Shown here: positions 57,765 through 64,000 of the stretch, in pieces
How positions within the stretch are numbered: position 1 is the first letter of the stretch
Layout of the letters: each line of letters begins with the position of its first letter
From: a virus
Reading direction: 5' to 3' (one strand)
Length of the DNA stretch: 64,000 nt
IMG/VR virus record: IMGVR_UViG_3300034166_000560
Position numbers and translations under genes: made by a program
Notes under the pieces: generated by a model
What the model saw: the letters and a program-made list of their open reading frames with translations, nothing else
Told to the model about the DNA's origin: nothing
Database searches by the model: none

Positions 57765-57840
57765 TGGTGCTGCCGGAGAGATTCGAACTCCCGACCTGAT
57801 GATTACTAATCAACTGCTCTACCAACTGAGCTACGGCAGC
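57765..57840 (-). tRNA. tRNA-Thr(AGT)
   Basis: GCTGCCG/CGGCAGC acceptor stem (G1-C72, C2-G71), anticodon loop TT-AGT-AA, GTTCGAATC T-loop, encoded CCA. Confidence 0.9.
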
Positions 57841-58418
57841 ATTAACACGTCGTCGCTTTTGACCGTCATATCAATTTTATTAAAAAACGCAGTAAAAGTC
57901 AATCTTGAATTTTCATTTTCTCCGAAACCACACATAGCACTATGATTAAATTTAGATTTATACAAGACTAATCTATTATAGATGTTTTCAATATACTCTA
58001 CTTTATTATCGTCTTTAAATATCATCGTTCCGCTATTCAAAGGAGGATTTTTATTAAGATATACCACTCCCGCATATATACATCTAGCGTCTGTGTGTAT
58101 CCAAGAATTCTCAAAAATACAATCTTTATCTAATCTATGGAAGTAAAAAGTCCCTTCCCAATTGTAATTATATGAGAATTTATCATATGCTCCTAAGAAA
58201 CAACCATTAAAAATGTCATGTACCAGAAGATCAGTTTTTTCTTTATTTTCTAAAGAAGTTTTGTGTAAAGGGTATGTTCTTTTACCTTTCCAATATGTTC
58301 TTCTTTCATCATTAAATTTCTGAGTATCATTCTGAAAAAATTTTAAAGTGTTCGCCCACTTAACAATCTCATCAGGATAAAGAAAGACATTATCAATCAC
58401 ATATATGTCTTTTAGCAT
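57831..58418 (-). CDS. 2OG-Fe(II) oxygenase-like protein (DUF6445-like)
   Basis: VIDNVF, WKGKRT, WIHTD, AGVVYL, NRLVLY..FNHSA, SRLT. Confidence 0.8.
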   Translation of the reverse strand: MLKDIYVIDNVFLYPDEIVKWANTLKFFQNDTQKFNDERRTYWKGKRTYPLHKTSLENKEKTDLLVHDIFNGCFLGAYDKFSYNYNWEGTFYFHRLDKDCIFENSWIHTDARCIYAGVVYLNKNPPLNSGTMIFKDDNKVEYIENIYNRLVLYKSKFNHSAMCGFGENENSRLTFTAFFNKIDMTVKSDDVLMLP

Positions 58419-58830
58419 CTATCAACCTTAATACATTTTCAATGTCGTCTTGATCAAATTTCGTAATACGTATCTCGTATTTATCTGGCTCTTCAAATAT
58501 CTTGTTGGTGTCTTCGTATCTACCTTCTTTGATAGTATCCATCCAGATAGTTATGTCTGGTTGGAAGAAACTTCTATACAGATTTCTTGGACAAACAAAA
58601 TCACAAATAGCAATAATATCATTCTTACAACAAATCTCAGCATTCTGGGTCATACGACACAACTGACGAAATCTACCGATGTCTGAGAAATCCCAATCAT
58701 CGTAGAATTCTCTCATCTCATCGCCATTGTATAAAGCGACTAATTCGTTTTTATCGTTAAGGACATCAAACAATTTGTTAGCAAATGTGGTCTTCCCGCT
58801 TCCAGGAAGTCCAGTCACAAGTATTTTCAT
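58393..58830 (-). CDS. P-loop kinase, adenylylsulfate-kinase (CysC)-like
   Basis: GLPGSGKT, DWDFSDIGRFRQ, DFVCP, EDTNKIFEEP. Confidence 0.82.
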   Translation of the reverse strand: MKILVTGLPGSGKTTFANKLFDVLNDKNELVALYNGDEMREFYDDWDFSDIGRFRQLCRMTQNAEICCKNDIIAICDFVCPRNLYRSFFQPDITIWMDTIKEGRYEDTNKIFEEPDKYEIRITKFDQDDIENVLRLIDAKRHICD

Positions 58831-60434
58831 CAGTCTGTACCGTGGATATGTTCTTTTAGATAATCATACATTGTAGGACAATCTTTGACTATTTCCTTCC
58901 ACTCAGCCTTTTTCTTATCTAGGTTATCAGCAGCTAATTTATATTTTTCTTTCCACTCTTCTTTGCATATATCATTATACGCATACAAAGAATTGTTATC
59001 AGTTGGAAAATAATTCATACCAGAAGAAATAAATGGTATACCGCCCAAACCAGTAAAACCATAATTTTCCATTCTAGCGTCTGCAGCCCTAGTAAAACCA
59101 CTTACTTCGCTTGTGTCTACCTTCTTTGTTATTGATCCAAAGTCTCTTTTACCGATATCTCTCCAATATGGAGTATCGTCTCTGTGAGACAAAGCGTAGT
59201 GTAATGCAACGAAATCTGCAAAAGCCTTGAAGTATCTTCTACAAGCATAATTATAAACGTCAATGTCCCACTGGCTCACATAACCTTCTGAATCTCTACC
59301 AAGAATACGAATCATTCTCATCAAAAATTCATGAATGCTAAGAAGTCCATTACTCTCAAGCGGCTCAATGAATCCCGCAGACAATCCAATAGCTGCTACG
59401 TTCTTGACCCAAATGCGCTCGTGGATACCAACACGTGATTTGATATTCTTAAATTTAATTCCTTGGTTATTAAAATCCATCTCGTCATCAAAATGACCAG
59501 TGCTACGGAGATATTGTTTAAACTCTTCTAGAGCATCTTCATCACTGATGTATTTGTCTGAATAAACATATCCTGTTCCCAAACGATTCCACAATGGGAT
59601 TGTCCACACCCAACCATTATTAATAGCGTGGCAGTTGGTATATGTAATCATTTCCTTACGCTTATCAACATAAGGAATCTGAGCAGCCCAAGCAGAATTG
59701 TTTGGTAGAATATCGCTCATAGAAATGAACGGTTCGTTTAGAGCTCCAGCTAAAAGAATAGATTTGAAACCAGTGCAATCAATGAACAAATCGGCGGTGA
59801 CTTTTTCGCCATTATCTAGCTGAAGAAAGTTGATACCGTTCTCATCATCAAAATCAACCATCTTTACTTCAGCTAGTATATTCTTAACACCACGTGGAAT
59901 AGCGTATTCTGTTCTTAACCAATTAGCAAACTTGACAGCATTAAAATGATAAGCTGTGTCTTTTCTGAAATTGAAGTTTGGTAATACACCTTCTGAGTTT
60001 TCAAAAATTTTATTTTCATTAACCAACGCCATGATTGGACACATACAATCTGCATAATCACTATTAGGCGTTTCTGGGTAAAGGAACTTTTTAAAATACC
60101 AATCATTTAATACAGCAACATTACCATCAGTATTGGTAGAACCAAACGGATAATGAAACGCTCCAGCGCCTTTTTTATAAAAGTCCTCGAATCTAATAGA
60201 AAGTTTATACGTTGCATCTGTAATTTTCATGAAATCTTTGTCTTCGATCTCAAGAAGTTTTAACCAAGAATTAATAAAACCTAATGTTGACTCTCCAACA
60301 CCAACAGTTGGAATATTTGGCGATTCAATTAGAGTAATATTTTTATTAGGAAAAACTTTGATCAAAGTGGCTGCAGCCATCCATCCAGCTGAACCACCAC
60401 CAACGATGACAATCTTATCAATTTTCTTAGTCAT
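58830..60434 (-). CDS. Flavin-dependent tryptophan-halogenase-family protein
   Basis: GGGSAG, GVGEST, ATYK (catalytic Lys), DCTGF, WVWTIP, FIEPLESNG, RDDTPYW. Confidence 0.92.
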   Translation of the reverse strand: MTKKIDKIVIVGGGSAGWMAAATLIKVFPNKNITLIESPNIPTVGVGESTLGFINSWLKLLEIEDKDFMKITDATYKLSIRFEDFYKKGAGAFHYPFGSTNTDGNVAVLNDWYFKKFLYPETPNSDYADCMCPIMALVNENKIFENSEGVLPNFNFRKDTAYHFNAVKFANWLRTEYAIPRGVKNILAEVKMVDFDDENGINFLQLDNGEKVTADLFIDCTGFKSILLAGALNEPFISMSDILPNNSAWAAQIPYVDKRKEMITYTNCHAINNGWVWTIPLWNRLGTGYVYSDKYISDEDALEEFKQYLRSTGHFDDEMDFNNQGIKFKNIKSRVGIHERIWVKNVAAIGLSAGFIEPLESNGLLSIHEFLMRMIRILGRDSEGYVSQWDIDVYNYACRRYFKAFADFVALHYALSHRDDTPYWRDIGKRDFGSITKKVDTSEVSGFTRAADARMENYGFTGLGGIPFISSGMNYFPTDNNSLYAYNDICKEEWKEKYKLAADNLDKKKAEWKEIVKDCPTMYDYLKEHIHGTD

Positions 60435-61634
60435 TTAATTTCCTTTATAATCTATAGAACTTTTACGGCTACGTCTAGTTTCTTCAACGCCATTAGTGTC
60501 GGAATCGTATTCTTCATTAACTGATTTTAAAATTGAAACTTTATAATACTGTTCGTTTGGTTTGGATACAGGAACGTTCTCGCCACAAGTTCGGGCGCAA
60601 ACTTTCAATTTTTCTTCTCCCCAATATTCTTTATGCCAATCAATAGATTGCCACTCATAGCCATCCAAAACATCTTTTAAGGATTTAACCCTCAAGTCAT
60701 TTCCAAAATTTTTCTCAATTCTTTCAATAAACTTTAACTTTTGATTATCTATTTCTCTAATCATATTAATAAATCTAGAGTCACGATCATCGTTATTTGG
60801 TAATTTCTTTACTGGAAATTTAGCGCCAACTCCAATATAACAACATGGGAACATTTTCTGCCAAGCATCAATATATACTTCTTTGTTCTGGAGAACAGGA
60901 CAATTAATAACAGATCTATCGATGTAGTCATTATATCTATCACTGAACTCAAAATCAAGATATTTCATGTCTTGATCGGAGGAAGAAGGTTCTAGATAAT
61001 GCGTAACATTTCCTTGTTTATCTACTACTTTCATTTTCTTGGTGTTAAAAAACCTTAGAGTTTTTCTGGCGACAAATCTAGCAAATCCTAATTCTTTGGC
61101 TATTTTCTCACATTCTTGTTCTTGATGTTCGTTATGTTTAAACGATAGAAACACCCATACAGCGTTTCCGCCAGCTTCTATGAAAGATTTAGCATTACGT
61201 ATAATTGTTTCGTATTTTGTTCCGATACGATGTAGATGGTGAGTGTCCTCTAGTCCATCAATTGCGAAATAAACGTCGCTAACCTTTGGCATAACTTTGG
61301 CTAATTGAGCCCACCACTCTGGTTTACGGGCACCACCATTTGTATGGATTCTTATATTAATCTTTGGATTGACAAATGAAGTATATTCGATCATATCAAT
61401 TAGATCGTCGTTTAACATAGGGTCTCCATAATTTCCAGAGAACCTAAGAAATTCCATCTGTTTTAAAACGTCTTCATTGAGAATTCTTCTATAATCTTCA
61501 AATTTCCAAGAAATAATAGGCAAGCCAGGATTTACAATTTCACCATTAATATTTCTGGCGCACATTGGACATGCAGCCTGACAATTACTAGTAATCTCTA
61601 AATGCGCTGCTCGAAGTTGATCAAATCTAAACAT
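60435..61634 (-). CDS. Radical SAM protein with SPASM/twitch-like C-terminus
   Basis: CQAACPMC, GNYGDP, HTNG, FPCC and C-terminal CARTC. Confidence 0.9.
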   Translation of the reverse strand: MFRFDQLRAAHLEITSNCQAACPMCARNINGEIVNPGLPIISWKFEDYRRILNEDVLKQMEFLRFSGNYGDPMLNDDLIDMIEYTSFVNPKINIRIHTNGGARKPEWWAQLAKVMPKVSDVYFAIDGLEDTHHLHRIGTKYETIIRNAKSFIEAGGNAVWVFLSFKHNEHQEQECEKIAKELGFARFVARKTLRFFNTKKMKVVDKQGNVTHYLEPSSSDQDMKYLDFEFSDRYNDYIDRSVINCPVLQNKEVYIDAWQKMFPCCYIGVGAKFPVKKLPNNDDRDSRFINMIREIDNQKLKFIERIEKNFGNDLRVKSLKDVLDGYEWQSIDWHKEYWGEEKLKVCARTCGENVPVSKPNEQYYKVSILKSVNEEYDSDTNGVEETRRSRKSSIDYKGN

Positions 61635-61636
61635 TT

Positions 61637-62374
61637 TTATTCACCGCTGAATGGACACCCTCGTTTTTCATTTCTTTTTAAGATGGTTTTGATTTTTCTC
61701 CATCCATAGAAACTATATGCTGGGGAGTTGACCTTTTTCTGATATTCGCCCTTAGTTAATAGATGAACTTTATGTTTGAGTTTCTTTTCACTAAGTGGTA
61801 TGACATGCACCATAGGCGTACCTATAGGAATTATATACTGATCTTGTTTTCTAGGAACCATAATAAAGAAATTGCCAGAAGAAGCCAAATTAAAATTAAC
61901 AACGCCTGGTAAAACTTTTATATCATATTCACCAAGAGCCCATTCCGCTCCAACAAATAGAAAATTTATGTTTTCTTTACAATTAAACAACCATGGAGAT
62001 CTCATCTTTAAATTGAAATATTTTGAAAATGCATTTCCGTATTGTTCAGGGTTGTGAGAAACTGGATCAGGTGGTGAAGAGAAAAAACACTGAAAGTTGT
62101 TTACGTCAGTCTTAAACCCCATATCACACCATGATTCAATCACAACGCCTTTCTTATAGAATTCTAAAAATCCATAACAAGACCTTAAATTTCTATGTCT
62201 TGATTCTAGATTATCAAAATCTAAATCGACCGGAGTTTCTGGAATTGGAATATTGTTAAACCATTCAGGTTTAGTTAATGAAGCATTCACAATGGGAGTA
62301 TATTTGTTGACATTCCCATCGCTTGTGAAACAATCTAAATGAATTACTGGAGTTTTGTGAAAAAATGTAAACAT
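61637..62374 (-). CDS. Hypothetical beta-rich protein
   Basis: KPEWF, RSCYGF, KMRSPW, GTPMVHVIP, C-terminal GCPF. Confidence 0.65.
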   Translation of the reverse strand: MFTFFHKTPVIHLDCFTSDGNVNKYTPIVNASLTKPEWFNNIPIPETPVDLDFDNLESRHRNLRSCYGFLEFYKKGVVIESWCDMGFKTDVNNFQCFFSSPPDPVSHNPEQYGNAFSKYFNLKMRSPWLFNCKENINFLFVGAEWALGEYDIKVLPGVVNFNLASSGNFFIMVPRKQDQYIIPIGTPMVHVIPLSEKKLKHKVHLLTKGEYQKKVNSPAYSFYGWRKIKTILKRNEKRGCPFSGE

Positions 62375-63189
62375 TAGTAAGCACTTATCTTCACTGTTGG
62401 TTTGGTTTCATTATCTTTTTGTTTACCGAAATAAATTTCAGCAGGTTTATGATCTCTTAATAATTTAAACTTATTGATACCTAGTTCCATGAATGGTTCT
62501 TTTTCCCAGGTATGATTAACCCCATCATAATTGTAGTCATACTTAGGGTCTTTTTGTGAACATTCGTATCGAATACCTTTGTCCCCTCTATTAAACTTAG
62601 AGAAAAACCCATAACACAATTTAGCTGGACATGTAAATGCGCATCCAGTAACTAGAAACAATCTAAGTCGCTGTCTAACTTCCTTATCTAAGGAAGAAAG
62701 CAATTCTAAATTAGTATTAAATGCTGCTGGTAGAGGAACAACAGTATCATATAATTCCAGAGATTTGTGTAGAGTGTAAACGTCTGAAATTTCTTTAATG
62801 ACTGATGCTTCTAGTTTATAGAGAGGAAAATCTCTTCGTATCCATTTGGCCAAATTATTTTTAACACAAATGATTGAATTGCCTTCACGATGATATTTTT
62901 CAAGAAACGGAATGGCTTCTTTATAAAGGTCTTCTGTAACCAACGAGGAAGTCAGCGGAATGCGATAACCAATTCCTTGATTATACATCCACTGTATATC
63001 TTGTTCTACCAATTCTGGTGAATTTTCTAGATAAGGTCTGCCACCGTATATTCTGCACGGAAAATCTGAGAATGCAAATACTGAATCGATTCTATTCAAT
63101 TCAATATCTGGAAATCCTTTTGAAAGGAAATCACTTATATGTTGATTTGGTAATTTAGCTCGACCAGATACGGTATACGTATAATCCAT
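62374..63189 (-). CDS. Hypothetical protein, possibly U32-family Fe-S/TIM-barrel
   Basis: YGGR, LEASVIK, LVTGCAFTCP..C, GINKFKL resemble the U32 Cys pattern; tentative. Confidence 0.5.
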   Translation of the reverse strand: MDYTYTVSGRAKLPNQHISDFLSKGFPDIELNRIDSVFAFSDFPCRIYGGRPYLENSPELVEQDIQWMYNQGIGYRIPLTSSLVTEDLYKEAIPFLEKYHREGNSIICVKNNLAKWIRRDFPLYKLEASVIKEISDVYTLHKSLELYDTVVPLPAAFNTNLELLSSLDKEVRQRLRLFLVTGCAFTCPAKLCYGFFSKFNRGDKGIRYECSQKDPKYDYNYDGVNHTWEKEPFMELGINKFKLLRDHKPAEIYFGKQKDNETKPTVKISAY

Positions 63190-63213
63190 TCACTGCCTCC
63201 ATTGAATATATCA

Positions 63214-63221
63214 TATTTATT
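63214..63221 (-). promoter_or_regulatory. Late-type promoter AATAAATA upstream of the tailoring-enzyme operon
   Basis: One mismatch to TATAAATA; GGAGG RBS follows. Confidence 0.55.
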
Positions 63222-63405
63222 CCTCGAGGCGCTGGACCATAATATGCGAACTCATTGCTCCACAAAGAGCAATCATTGCACATACGAAGTTAATAGTTGA
63301 TTCTGGTAACACAAGCATGAAAAATGCATTGGTTGTCAGAAAGAATACATTAATACGGAACATCCAACGATGGAACCTTGGATCGTTTAGCAATTCTTCC
63401 TCCAT
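63217..63405 (-). CDS. Small membrane protein
   Basis: Two hydrophobic segments. Confidence 0.6.
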   Translation of the reverse strand: MEEELLNDPRFHRWMFRINVFFLTTNAFFMLVLPESTINFVCAMIALCGAMSSHIMVQRLEE

Positions 63406-63608
63406 TACAGGTCAATATCTTCGAAAAAGTCTTCAAGAAGAGCCTGGAACTTCTCAGTAAAGCCATATGCCTTGTAATCTTTATACAGTTCTTTTAACTC
63501 ATGGACGTCACCAAGCTCACCACGAATGACCGTATAACCACGATCCTGGAGCTCATCAACCAGATCATTATCGTCGAATTCGGTCATACTAACTTCTACA
63601 TAAGCCAT
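63405..63608 (-). CDS. Hypothetical protein
   Basis: AAGGAG RBS; acidic. Confidence 0.65.
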   Translation of the reverse strand: MAYVEVSMTEFDDNDLVDELQDRGYTVIRGELGDVHELKELYKDYKAYGFTEKFQALLEDFFEDIDL

Positions 63609-63636
63609 ATTATTTCTCCTTCAAGAAAGATAACCA

Positions 63637-63665
63637 ATCATACTATAGTTTTTGAGAAATTTCAA
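63637..63665 (-). promoter_or_regulatory. Sigma70-type promoter
   Basis: TTGAAA-17 nt-TATGAT. Confidence 0.6.
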
Positions 63666-64000
63666 ATATATTTTTTCCAATCATACTCAACATCTCCATA
63701 ATAAAGATCGTCTTTTTCTCCGTAATCAATTATTAGATGAATACGGTTTTGATCGGAATCGTTTCTACCAGAGTGAGGTATGTTATTATTGAATTCGACG
63801 AGATCTCCAACTTTCATATTCAGAGATTCGTTAACAGAGGGAAACTTAAAAATAACATTTTCGTTTGTAAAAATGGGAATATGAATACGAATTGTGTTTT
63901 CATAATGATACATATAATCTATGTGCTCGGGAATAACGCTATGAGCTTTCATATTATTGAGGGTAATTCTTTTTATCTGTTTATTAGAATAATGACGATT
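63662..64000 (-). CDS. Asp/Asn beta-hydroxylase-like 2OG oxygenase, 3' part (start probably beyond window)
   Basis: IPEHID, RIHIPIFTN, EFNNNIPHSGRN..RIHLIID; frame open to window end. Confidence 0.85.
   Translation of the reverse strand, partial: NRHYSNKQIKRITLNNMKAHSVIPEHIDYMYHYENTIRIHIPIFTNENVIFKFPSVNESLNMKVGDLVEFNNNIPHSGRNDSDQNRIHLIIDYGEKDDLYYGDVEYDWKKYI

Overview
This window is a 64-kb segment of a lytic T4-like myovirus genome, AT-rich and mostly on the minus strand. 1-45.8 kb is the virion morphogenesis region: portal gp20 (partial), gp19, gp18, gp17/16, gp15/14/13, a large fibre/adhesin block, baseplate gp8/7/6/25, PAAR, a three-part gp5, gp27/53/48, then a plus-strand block gp4, gp2, gp54, gp26/gp51 and a gp29-like protein with two murein-hydrolase domains. 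45.8-64 kb holds gp32, gp59, gp33 and an accessory region. The host is inferred to be an alphaproteobacterium. Main findings: (1) a complete two-piece, circularly permuted tmRNA (tag ANDNDASFGAYALAA) behind a T4 late promoter, near tRNA-Arg(UCU), a rare A34 tRNA-Thr(AGU) whose processing would remove an upstream stop codon, and an Rmf-like ORF; (2) a late, translationally coupled tailoring-enzyme operon (U32-like protein, radical SAM, flavin halogenase, P-loop kinase, 2OG-Fe(II) enzyme), with seven 2OG-type oxygenases in the window overall; (3) apparent enrichment of N-x-S/T sequons in outer virion proteins; (4) a lambda G/GT-style -1 slippery site joining gp26 and gp51; (5) a His/Trp-looped polyglycine/collagen-like adhesin next to two prolyl-hydroxylase-like paralogs. 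All calls come from motif recognition by eye; no database searches were run.
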